From Macrostomum lignano (Eukaryota): a stretch of 64,000 bases of DNA. The position numbers and the translations under genes were made by a program. The stretch covers positions 1 to 64,000 of the forward strand of contig NIVC01001535.1 of the NCBI GenBank assembly GCA_002269645.1. Reading direction: 5' to 3'. The notes beneath the pieces were generated by a model. It was not told where the DNA came from. It made no database searches and saw only the letters and a list, made by a program, of their open reading frames with translations. Shown here in pieces: positions 53,371-64,000 of this stretch. How positions within the stretch are numbered: the first letter of the stretch is position 1; each line of letters opens with the position of its first letter.

Positions 53371-53929
53371 TTAGGTCAGTTTAAAAGCAAGTGAGTTTCG
53401 ATGAGACATTGCAAAGTAATCGACAATAACAGGTAAATGTGTGTGTGTGTCAATGAGCTTTAACAAGAAGGAAACGAAGCAATTATTCGCAACTCAGTGC
53501 GCCCATTAAAGAGTTCAACAATTCAAAGGACACAGTAATTCTTCCAATTTGCTTTGCTCAGAATTTCATAAACACTTCAAGGCAACAACAGTAAAGCTAC
53601 ACCAGTGTACGAGAGCTCCTGTCTTTAGCAGAGACTACTGAGTCAGCTCAGTTCAATTCCCAGATGTCTTCCTCTATTTCTGTGCCTATGCAGCCCTAAC
53701 TTCTTTGCATAGAGGCATTCTTGAAGGCTTTGCTATACGCTTGAATGAGCTCTGGGCAAAATATTGGGCGGGGCAGAGTCTTCTGCGCACTGCTCACTGA
53801 GTTTGGCAGACTCCTCTGCATTGTCTGACTAGCACTGAGATGCTGCTTGCCTGTCTTCTCTGCCCTGATGCGGGTATCGCCTCTGTTTATTAATGTTCTC
53901 TGCTTTGGGCATGCTGTTGCACTCAGCTC

Positions 53930-54470
53930 TTCCTCTCTCTGCCCATCTCTCCCCATCTCTCCCCTTCTCTCCCCTTCTCTCCTCTTCTATCCCCTTCTCT
54001 CCCCATCTCTCCCCTTCTCTAGCCATCTCTCCCCTTCTCTCACCATCTCTCTCCATCTCTCCCCATCTCTCCCCTTCTCTCCCCATCTCTCCCCTTCTCT
54101 CACCATCTCTCCCCATCTCTCCCCTTCTCTCCCCATCTCTCCCCATCTCTCTCCTTCTCTCCCCATCTCTTCCCTTCTCTCTCCCCTTCTCTCCCCTTCT
54201 CTCCTCATCTCTCCCCTTCTCTAGCCATCTCTCCCCTTCTCTCACCATCTCTCACCATCTCTCCCCTTCTCTCCCCTTCTCTCCCCTTCTCTCCCCATCT
54301 CTCCCCTTCTCTCCCCATCTCTCCCCATCTCTCCCCTTCTCTAGCCATCTCCCCTTCTCTCCCCATCTCTCCTATTCTCTCACCACCTCTCTCAATCTCA
54401 CCCCATCACTCCCCATCACTCCCCCTCTCATCCCATCAATCCTCATCACTCCCCATCTCCCCTTCCCCTC
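53930..54470. repeat. Polypyrimidine low-complexity tract (TCTCTCCCC(A/T))n
   Basis: Directly visible. Confidence 0.88.
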
Positions 54471-55169
54471 TACACCATGAGAGGTTATTTTTCCCTCTCA
54501 TTCCCTTTTGTACCTACGGCAGCCTCGAATCAGTGCTATAGAAATAAAACAAACAGACACTTTGCTTTCAATACGGAAATCCAATGCTTTAAAACCTACC
54601 ACTTATCAGTAGAATCTGATTAAAAAAAACAAACCTAAAAGACAGTTTAGGTCTTTAACAATCAGGATCAGGATTTCTCTGGGGCATGCGCTTCTCAAAG
54701 CAATATTTTTAAGTAGCTGTAGCGTGTATGGTAACAAAATCGATTACTGCATCGCATTGATCAGCATCGGATGAGAGCGCTAAAGGATTCTGGGGCGTCA
54801 GGGAATATTCCTAATCACGCTTGGTTGCCAGCAGATAAAAGATAAAAAAGGTTTCCCGCTACACCTGGATTAGCTAGTCATAAAACGCCCCAAGCTATTG
54901 CATCCTCACAAAGGATCCGGGAAGCCTAGCGGCTCTAGTGAGAACTGGCAGGGTTGGGTGATTTTGGCGGGAACGATTTCCTAATAATTTGTTGTAATTT
55001 ATGATTCACCAGATGGTACACAACGCAGAGGGATCTTCGTTATTATTTGTCGCTAATAGAGCCGTTAGTCGAAAAGCAGCCACTCACTCACACACACGGA
55101 TGTGTACGCATGTACACACGCTCCGTGCGTATAAGGATTGACACAAAAATGGCACAAAACTGCCACAAA

Positions 55170-55521
55170 TTGTCACTGGGCAGTCAAATTGTCACTGAGT
55201 AGTCAAATTGTCACTGAGTAGTCAAATTGTCACTGAGTAGTCAAATTGTCACTGAGTAGTCAAATTGTCACTGAGTAGTCAAATTGTCACTGAGTAGTCA
55301 AATTGTCACTGAGTAGTCAAATTGTCACTGAGTAGTCAAATTGTCACTGAGTAGTCAAATTGTCACTGAGTAGTCAAATTGTCACTGAGTAGTCAAATTG
55401 TCACTGAGTAGTCAAATTGTCACTGAGTAGTCAAATTGTCACTGAGTAGTCAAATTGTCACTGGGAAGGCAAATTGTCACTGGACACTCAAATTGTCACT
55501 GGACACGCAAATTGTCACTGG
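55170..55521. repeat. 19-bp minisatellite (CAAATTGTCACTGAGTAGT), ~18 copies
   Basis: Directly visible, ending ~17 nt before the exon 11 acceptor. Confidence 0.93.
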
Positions 55522-55538
55522 TCTGATTTAATCCGCAG

Positions 55539-55697
55539 ACGGCTGCCCCAACGGCTGCAATAATCGAGGCAATTGCGAACGGAGCGGACCGAATGGCGAC
55601 TGGCACTGCGTGTGCGTTGGCGGCGGCAAGTGGAGGGGCTCCGCCTGTCAGTTCCCTGTGGAGGGCGACTGCAACGACGGAGTGGACAACGACGGAG
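55539..55697 (+). CDS. TENM: Teneurin exon 11: EGF8 and start of the Cys-rich domain (…VEGDCNDGVDNDG)
   Basis: DGCPNGCNNRGNCERSGPNGDWHCVCVGGGKWRGSAC plus ExxCxDGxDNDG, diagnostic of teneurins; acceptor ATCCGCAG, donor GAG|GTGAGA; phase 1/1. Confidence 0.95.
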
Positions 55698-55759
55698 GTG
55701 AGATCGGTGCCAAGGCTTTGGAGTGTCAGATATGGCTGACTTTGCGATGTCAGGTGTTG

Positions 55760-55925
55760 CCGTTGTGAGTCAGGTGATGCTGTTTTGAGTCAGGTGATGC
55801 TGTTGTGAGTCAGGTGATGCTGTTTTGAGTCAGGTGATGCTGTTGTGAGTCAGGTGATGCTGTTGTGAGTCAGGTGATGCTGCTGTGAGTCAGGTGATGC
55901 TGTAGTGAGTCAGGTGTCGTTGTGA
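55760..55925. repeat. 20-bp minisatellite (GTGAGTCAGGTGATGCTGTT), ~8 copies
   Basis: Directly visible in intron 11. Confidence 0.9.
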
Positions 55926-56010
55926 GCCAGTTGTGATAATAGTCAAATAGTCAACTGTTTTCAATTTAGTAGCCAAGCTCTCAAGACGCATTTCCGCTAT
56001 CATCTCGCAG

Positions 56011-56215
56011 ACGGCTTGATCGATTGCAACGACCCAGACTGCTGTCAGCAGCCGGCCTGCCGATCCGGCGACAGCTGCATCTCCGGCACCAATCCGCGCC
56101 AGGTGCTGCTGTCGGAGCCGCCGCTGCCTCTAGTCAGCAGTTTCGAGCGTCGGGTGAAATTTCTCATCGGCAAGGAAAGCGTGCAATTGTTCGCCAGCAT
56201 TAGCTTCGATCCCAA
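56011..56215 (+). CDS. TENM: Teneurin exon 12: Cys-rich domain (DGLIDCNDPDCC...SFERRVKFLIG...FDP)
   Basis: DGLIDCxDPDCC motif; acceptor ATCTCGCAG, donor CAA|GTAAGC; phase 1/2. Confidence 0.95.
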
Positions 56216-56261
56216 GTAAGCTTTTCTATTTTAGTAGGTTGAGCTCCTGGTATTAAAGTAG

Positions 56262-56500
56262 GTGTCCTGACACTAAAGTAGACGTCCTGACACTCAATTA
56301 GATGTCCTGACACTCAATAATACGTCTTGACACTTAAGTAGACGTCCTGACACTCAGTTAGACGTCCTGACACTCAATTAGACGTCCTGACACTCAATTA
56401 GACGTTCTGACATACAATTAGACGTTCTGACACTCAAGTAGACGTTTAGACACTCAATTAGATATCCCGACGCTTAAATAAGGTATCTTGACACTCGAGT
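56262..56500. repeat. 20-bp minisatellite (AGACGTCCTGACACTCAATT), ~11 copies
   Basis: Directly visible in intron 12. Confidence 0.85.
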
Positions 56501-56608
56501 TGTCGATCTTACTCTTTAGTATTCATCCTGACACACAATCAAGCAATCAAATAAACTTCCTCACTTGAGTTTTTTTTAGTTTTTGCACCACCACTTCCTC
56601 CTACTCAG

Positions 56609-57351
56609 CTTCATGTCCGTGGTCGTTGGGCGCTTAATCCTCCCGGACGGCTCCTCGGTGATGGCGTGCAGAGTCTGGGACGAGCAGAACGCGCTTGTCG
56701 GCAACACGCTGTCCCGGTCAGACGGCACCTTTCTATTGGTGGTCGTCGGCGGAAAGGCTGTTAAGCTGAGTTTTGCTCGAGTTTTCAATCGCGATCAAAA
56801 CTTCAACTTGGCCATACCAATTTTTGTGCCGACAAATACGTTTCTACACTTGGGCACGGTAGTAATGAGTTCGAATCCTGGCTATAATCCCGACGAGTTG
56901 CCCCTAGGCGGACAGATGTACGCGCCAACCGCGGGTGTGCAGAGCTGTCCTAGGGGGGGCCACGACTACTATCGGCTCAGACCGCGCGTCCACGTCAGCT
57001 ATCACGTCGACGAGCTTCCATCGGCTTGGTCGACTGTTTCTAGCAGCGCCGAGCCTCTCTCGAGCGTCTACTTGGAGAAACAGTCGCTCAGACTGCAAGT
57101 ACCGGTACCCGATGCTCCGTTCAATCTAGTGTACGTGTCCACCAGATCGATCGGCTACCACACTGTGTTGGATATTGAGCTTACTGGGGACAGCATACCG
57201 GATAACCTAGCCGAGGTACTGTGCCACGTCAGCATCGGTGGCAGCATGTTCCGACGTCGTTTTGAGGCCAACACAAATTTGACGTACACTTTTCAATGGG
57301 ACAGGATGGACATGTTCGGCAGGCCCTACACAGGACTGGTCGAGGCCAGAG
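56609..57351 (+). CDS. TENM: Teneurin exon 13: TTR-like and FN-plug region
   Basis: SVVVGRLILPDG..., TLSRSDGTFLLVV, RRRFEANTNLTYTFQWDRMDMFGRPYTG match conserved teneurin motifs; acceptor CCTACTCAG, donor GAG|GTGAGG; phase 2/1. Confidence 0.93.
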
Positions 57352-57711
57352 GTGAGGACACGTATTTTAATGCCTGATAACACTCACGAATTTGTTTTTA
57401 GATAGACCTTGAAATCTGCAACGCTTAATTACATTTTTTACATCATTGTAAAAAAGAAGAACGCCTCTCTTTGACGTTGAAGTTGTTTCGTCACCCTTTT
57501 TTAAGGCAGCGACTGTGAGCGAGTGGAAAGTTAACCTTAGTTGACGACTTGAGCTGTTCTCCACCGTACAAAATGTACATTTCACCCGGTCTGATCCCTA
57601 AGCCCTTATCCTTAGCAATAAATAGCCCTGATCCTACTGTAGCTGACTTTGAAAAGATACTATCCACGGTGCTGAACTAATGACACTGAACTCATACTTC
57701 ACTCAAAATAG

Positions 57712-57852
57712 TCTCCGTGGGCTACAAGTACGCCAACTGTCCGGACATCGTGTGGGATTTCACCTCGGCCCTGATGTCGGGCATCGAACTGGTGCCGTCC
57801 AGGCTTGGTCAGTGGAGTCTCAACATTGTGCACGCCTACGATTTTGTCAAGG
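57712..57852 (+). CDS. TENM: Teneurin exon 14: FN-plug (VSVGYKYANCPDIVW...LGQWSLNIVHAYDFVK)
   Basis: VSVGYxYxxC...W and lGgWsL..H.y motifs; acceptor CAAAATAG, donor AGG|GTAAGT; phase 1/1. Confidence 0.92.
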
Positions 57853-58896
57853 GTAAGTCTAGTCTTTTAATAAACTCTCTGTATAAGGCACACAATTTGC
57901 GGCCTAATATTTCCTAATTAATCACGAACTTGAGCTCTCTAGTTTGACAAAAAACCAGTACTTGACGAAGCCACGACTACTAAGTTGGGCGTGACGGAGA
58001 GGACTCAAATTCAATCGAAATTGAGGTCTCTTATTTTCTATTAATTTTTTTTCGACCTGGAGATCCAATTCCGAATTTCGATTTCCCTCTCCCTCTTTCT
58101 TTTCTCATCTCCAATCCTACTTGAGACTTTTTTGCGGCTAAAGAGACACAAGAGACGAAAATGAGATTGAAAATGAAGAGCCTCTTGTCGCGTCACCTGC
58201 CTGACCAGCCATGCCGCGCGGTGTGACCTTAAAGGTTAAGAGGCTGCTTGCCAAAGCGAATCATCCAGAAGCTGTCTTGGCTCATGAGTGAGTTAGCTAG
58301 TTGCAAGGTGACGAAGGGTGAGGCAAAGCCAGGCAGGTAAGGGGGTTGAAGGCACACCAACATTCTCCCTAATCCCCTGAATTCTGTTTTCATACCCCAC
58401 CCCTTGGCTTGGCGCGTGTCTCAGAGGATTTTTCTCCCACAGCTCTCTGATCGTCGTGTCACGCATCGCCTGTTCAGTTCAGGCAGCAGTTGAAAGTGGG
58501 AGGTGCATGGAAACACCGAAAGCGCGAGCTCAAAGAGCGAGTCGAGTGTTGAGACCGATCTCAACAGAGACTACTGAGCCGCTGAATTAGAAATATGAAG
58601 TAGGAATTCTGGAGCAAAAAAATTATACATGTAGTTCCACTGTGCTGTGTCAAGCAGTCATAAGAGGATACTTACCAATGCTAAAGCGAGTTGCAATTTC
58701 TCAAGTGTTGAGAACTCCCTAAAAGTATCCACTTTGCCCCGGCTGTTGCTCCAGATTCTGGTCGCCAAAAGCTGGCACAGAAAATGCCAATGAGTTGAAT
58801 AAACGGCACGGGAGGACACAATTGTACCCATCGAGCTGCTATTCAAGCTCTGAGCAGGATTATTTACTAAACAGTCAACTCCACCCCGTTTTCAAG

Positions 58897-60137
58897 GTGT
58901 AATCCATCGGGGTGACGGTGGCACCGAGTACCTGAGCCAGCGACCATGGACAATCAGCACAGAAGCCGGCAACGGGGCCAAGCGTCCGCCAAACTGCGGC
59001 GCCGAATGCCGGCTGTCAGCTTCTTTGACATCGTCGTCCGATGGTATCGAGTTGACCGCGGCCAGGCTGCTGTCGCCAGTGGCTCTCGCGGTGACAAACG
59101 CGGGGCATTTGGTCATTGGTGACGGCCGGTTCATCCGCGTGGCCGACTGGCCCGCAAACGCCGTCCCAGGCGAGCGGAGGTCCCGGCTTCGAACTCTGTA
59201 CGAGCAGCCAATAGAATTGGACGCTACCGTCTACCACCTGGCCAACGACATTACTCAACGATCGGGTAGAGCCGCAGTGTTCATCAGCGACCCGTTCCGT
59301 CGCCAGATCTACCAGCTGCGATTCGGAGAACGAGACAGCGTCGAGCACCAGCTGATTGCCGGCAGCGGCGATGCCTGCCACGGTGATACGATGCTGTCCT
59401 GCGGCGACGGAGGCCCGGCGCGTGCTGCAAAGCTAATCGAGCCGAAAGGCTTGGCCATAGACAGGCGCGGAGTGCTCTACTTCGCCGACGGGCCAAACAT
59501 CAGGCGCCTAGTGCCCAATGGGGATTCGAGCATCGACGATCGAGCCACGGTTGAGACGGTGGTTGGTCAAGGCAACTCTGTAATCGACTATTCCCCGTGG
59601 CCGTGCTACCGGATGGTCACAGCCCGAGCAATCAAACTGCGATGGCCGTCAGCCTTGACCTACAATCCGGTGGACGACAGTGTGTACTTTCTTGACGACC
59701 AGAGCGTGCTAAGACTAACACCGGACGGTTTTGTTCACGTAGTTGCTGGACGACCGCCGCACTGCCCTCCACCGCCTGATTCAACCGTTCGCCCGATAGC
59801 CGCTTTTGAAGAGAAGCTCCTGGAACCTAGCAGCATTGCGTTTAGCCATCGAGGCGAGCTGTACATCACAGAGACGATGGTGGCGGGATCGACGCCGCGG
59901 GTTCGGGTCATGCGATCTGACGGTCGCTTGCACCTGTTCGCCGGCCAGGAGGCCAGCCCCGAGGAGCCCTTGGCTGGCGATGTTCTGCTTGGCCCAGCGT
60001 CGCGAGCTCGATTCCGATCGCTCGGAGCTCTAGCGATTAGCCCGTTTGGCGAAGTGTTCCTAGCCGATCGAGAGGCGGCGCGAGTCCACAGAGTGCATCA
60101 GCAACTGCCCCTGCTCAGCGAGTCGCGCACCTATCAG
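58897..60137 (+). CDS. TENM: Teneurin exon 15: NHL beta-propeller
   Basis: GVIHRGDG...GNGAKRPPNCGAEC, LIAGSGDACHGD...CGDGGPARAAKLIEPKGLAIDRRGVLYFADG, LRWPSALTYNPVDDSVYFLD; acceptor TTTTCAAG, donor CAG|GTGGGT; phase 1/0. Confidence 0.95.
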
Positions 60138-60414
60138 GTGGGTACTCTATAGTCTAACTATTGGTTGAAATAGATACAATTGTAAGACATCTCTATAGTA
60201 GAAAGTTGTGTTTTCGAATCGTACAATAATACATTTTTGTAATCCATCTTGTACTTCATAAAACGAATATGCATATAGGCCACCCAGTATACTATTGGAG
60301 ACTTGGCTATAGATATTCCGATCTCAGACCTGTCCCGCGCTGTCTCTCTGAGCACGATAAATCTAAATGAAGTTATTATGTACGAGCGTATCTCGGTCTT
60401 GTTCTTTATTCCAG

Positions 60415-61054
60415 GTGATGTCGGCCGATGCGACAGAGTTGTTCACCTTCAACTCAGACGGCAAACATGTCCTAACCGAAGATACCGCAACCGGGGTGGT
60501 GAAGTTCAACTTCTCGCACTCAAGCTTCGACAACAACCTCGGCGCTGCGGTGCTAGCAATTCACGTTGGCAGCAGAAAGTTCGATTTTAATCATTCGCGC
60601 TCGGCCTGCGAGATTATCAACCCCAACGGGCGTCGACTTCAGCTGACTTACGACGAGAATTTTGGCTACGTGAAGACAATCAAAGATCTCCAGGGTAGGC
60701 TCAACCTCTCGGCGACGTACGATCGGTTCTACACTCGATTTGGTGACTCGGTCGAAGCCAAATCGCGCGGTTACCTCATCGGCCTGGCAACTGGTGATGG
60801 TCGCGTCTGGCAGTTTGAGTACAACCAATTGGACTCAAGTACTGCGCCATCCGGTGACGGAAGCACCGAAGCTCTGGGCCACCTGACGGCTATGACTAGT
60901 CCGGATGGTCGAAGACGCGTGCTACGACGTCGGATATTACGGGAGAAAGGTGTGCGCACAGATTGCATTGTCCATAGTGGTGGTGACAGCCTCGTACAAT
61001 CGGGTGTGCCTGTTGCATCAGCCTCAGTCAGCGGGATGCATGACTCCAATACGG
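60415..61054 (+). CDS. TENM: Teneurin exon 16: start of the YD-repeat shell (3' end uncertain: 60949, 61003 or 61054)
   Basis: ELFTFNSDGKHVLTEDTATG and GHLTAMTSPDG match teneurin YD motifs; acceptor TTCTTTATTCCAG; the frame closes at TAA 61072-74, so a donor must lie earlier. Confidence 0.82.
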
Positions 61055-62507
61055 GCAAGTTTCGCTCAGTTTAACAGTTCCCGAACTCGGGACCAAGTCG
61101 GCTTGTCGTCGCTGTCGTCGTCGTAGTTGTCGTCGTCTCTTTATCTTTAGTATCGATGTTTTTGCAACTTCTCTTTGGCTTCTGGGTGTTGTTTCTGATT
61201 GTTTAATGCATGCGACACATTACTACTATTATCTGCAATTCTGAATTTTTACAATTTCTTCTTAGTAGCAGCAAAAGCATTACTAAGATAACTTATACGT
61301 TTCATAGTATTTTAGACGAGCTTCCTGTTACGTAATAGGACTAGAAGAACCGAAAAGAGGCTAGTAGGTAAAGCAAATCGAAAGGTGATTTATCAAGACT
61401 GCGATCGAGCACAGGTCGAGCTGCTCATTTCCTTCTTTATCGGCGGCATAGAGCTGCCAATAAACTATGCATCAAGCATCATCAATACTGTACGGTCATT
61501 CTCCACTTCCTTTCTGTCTGCTTCCTCAAATGCGTGCATTTTTGGCACTCATTTCTGTAGCAGAAAGCGCTTGACTTTGTAAATTATTCAACAAAAAATC
61601 TGCTTCAATACTAAGTTAGCGATTGCTTCTACAAGGTGTAAACTTGTTGGAAGCCGTGTACCCAATGTGATCCAATCAATCATCCAAGTCTACCTATAGA
61701 GGTGTAGAATTAGCCGAATGATATACTTCCCCTCTTTCCCCTCATGCTGCATTTTTTTACGCCTCTCTCTCTCTCTTTTATTACTGCAGTGGAAATGGCT
61801 TTGCCTACGTACCTATCAGCCTGTGATGCTGCAGGATGGAAGCCCTGTGGGGTATCTGAGGCCATGAGAGAGAGGGACTGAATTCTAAGCGATGGAATTG
61901 ACACAATTCTAAGAGGCGTGCTAAAACCCAGGTATTCCAAGATACGAGGTAGTGTTGGTACCGTAGTTACCTCTCGCTTCGCTTCTGCCTATCCCACTTT
62001 TCCAGTCCTCGCAACCCTGTCATTAACCGCGCACTCGCACACTTAAGAAACTGTAGGACCCACCCAATACGCGCGACGCGCGAGGGACAAAACCTGGGAG
62101 AATTCTCCTACTAAGGCGTTTCCCCCAATTATACAAGCACGCTTGTAGGAGGCGCAGCCATGCCCGCAGAGATTCCAAAAATCTTTGGGAATCTTCTTTC
62201 TTGTCTGTCAGGCACGCTTACACGCCGAGCCACATTCCACTATATCGGTGCGTTTCAGCAACAGCCAGATGCAGTCCTACAATCTGTGGTTGGATGCTAC
62301 TTTTCCTACTAAAAGTCCCGCTAGTATAATAATGCCCAGCAGCTACTTGCATTACTGGGTGGAGTTCATATCATGTTTCTCTGTGGTTGCCAAAAATAGA
62401 CATCTTAGTCAAGGGAGGGGGAGCAACAGGATGTCAGAGCTGATGCCTAGAGCTGAAAATCGATTCATTTTCGGTGGGTGAAGCATGAAAGTTCTGCAGG
62501 AAAAAAA

Positions 62508-62508
<1 letters not shown>

Positions 62509-62585
<77 letters not shown>
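62509..62585. repeat. (CA)n microsatellite
   Basis: Directly visible; another (CA)n runs off the left window edge at 1-24. Confidence 0.95.
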
Positions 62586-62587
<2 letters not shown>

Positions 62588-63037
62588 CAGTTCATCGAAC
62601 TCAAACGCGCTAACCCATACCTGCCTATCTAGCTGCTTCTGCGAGAAAGCAACTATGTATTATTTAGGTTTTTCCACAGGTTTAAGGCGAAGTACGAGGG
62701 TAGAACCCGGTAATTATGAGTGTTGGCACATCCTGCTTTTGGCTTATTTAGCGCGGTTCTCTCTACTCTATACTTAAAGCGCGCCGAGCGAGCAGGATGT
62801 GCTGAAATGCAGCTTCAGTGTTTCTTTTTGCGTGTGACATTCTTTATGAAACTTTAATATTGATGCCCAAATGAGGCAGAAAACTTAGTGATAAAGGTTT
62901 GCTGCAAATGAGTTTTCTTGGTACTTTTGGCAAAAAACTGATTAAACTATTGAAGCTTTTAATTAGGTTGTATCTATATTCAAATTTTGATTTCATTATT
63001 ACTTGTGTCTAGTTGACTTCAATGATAAAAATCAGGT

Positions 63038-64000
63038 TGTGACTCCCCTGACACAGATTCCAACGCTACTGACACGGGTTGTGACACCCCTGACACAGAT
63101 TCCAACGCTACTGACACGGGTTGTGACACCCCTGACACAGATTCCAACGCTACTGACACGGGTTGTGACACCCCTGACACAGATTCCAACGCTACTGACA
63201 CGGGTTGTGACACCCCTGACACAGATTCCAACGCTACTGACACGGGTTGTGACACCCCTGACACAGATTCCAACGCTACTGACACGGGTTGTGACACCCC
63301 TGACACAGATTCCAACGCTACTGACACGGGTTGTGACACCCCTGACACAGATTCCAACGCTACTGACACGGGTTGTGACACCCCTGACACAGATTCCAAC
63401 GCTACTGACACGGGTTGTGACACCCCTGACACAGATTCCAACGCTACTGACACGGGTTGTGACACCCCTGACACAGATTCCAACGCTACTGACACAGGTT
63501 GTGACTCCTCTGACACAGATTCCAACGCTACTGACACGGGTTGTGACACCCCTGACACAGATTCCAACGCTACTGACACAGGTTGTGACTCCTCTGACAC
63601 AGATTCCAACGCTACTGACACAGGTTGTGACTCCTCTGACACAGATTCCAACGCTACTGACACAGGTTGTGACTCCTCTGACACAGATTCCAACGCTACT
63701 GACACAGGTTGTGACTCCTCTGACACAGATTCCAACGCTACTGACACAGGTTGTGACTCCTCTGACACAGATTCCAACGCTACTGACACGGGTTGTGACA
63801 CCCCTGACACAGATTCCAACGCTACTGACACAGGTTGTGACTCCTCTGACACAGATTCCAACGCTACTGACACAGGTTGTGACTCCTCTGACACAGATTC
63901 CAACGCTACTGACACAGGTTGTGACTCCTCTGACACAGATTCCAACGCTACTGACACGGGTTGTGACACCCCTGACACAGATTCCAACGCTACTGACACA
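63038..64000. repeat. 42-bp minisatellite (CCCCTGACACAGATTCCAACGCTACTGACACGGGTTGTGACA), runs off the window
   Basis: Directly visible; 14-aa periodicity in the track ORF. Confidence 0.95.

Noticed and set aside
58905-58920. RGD motif (HRGDG) as an integrin ligand
   Set aside because: It falls at the conserved GIlhkG(N/D)G strand before the NHL domain and is most likely a structural variant
61791-61930. Next teneurin exon after the strong acceptor TTTTATTACTGCAG
   Set aside because: All three frames hit stops before the downstream CAG|GTATTC donor, and there is no clear YD homology

Overview
Eukaryotic (animal) genomic DNA with GC-rich exons in AT-rich introns packed with tandem repeats. The style is reminiscent of the flatworm Macrostomum, but that is inference only. 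Splice sites and intron phases were read by hand and give two spliced genes. (1) A teneurin (Ten-m/Odz family) on the + strand, from ATG 13423 through 16 phase-compatible exons to about 61054 (about 1816 codons). It encodes a polyQ/polyP intracellular domain, one TM helix, an Ig-like domain, 8 EGF repeats, the Cys-rich DGxDNDGDGLIDC motif, TTR-like, FN-plug and NHL beta-propeller domains, and the start of the YD shell. The rest of the gene lies beyond the window. (2) An uncharacterised 239-aa four-TM protein on the - strand (5 exons, 11329 to 5601), head-to-head with teneurin and only fragmentarily visible in the ORF track. There are also two Tc1/mariner-type elements, a hAT MITE with a perfect 8-bp TSD, an ~11.9-kb 24-bp satellite in teneurin intron 8, and about 30 other micro/minisatellites; almost all long ORFs in the track are repeat artefacts. 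The most notable observations are loss of the unpaired dimerisation cysteine in EGF2, a seven-fold tandem duplication of an exon end with its splice donor, and further sense-strand arrays of 5' splice-site-like motifs. No prokaryotic system, CRISPR array, rRNA or tRNA gene was seen.
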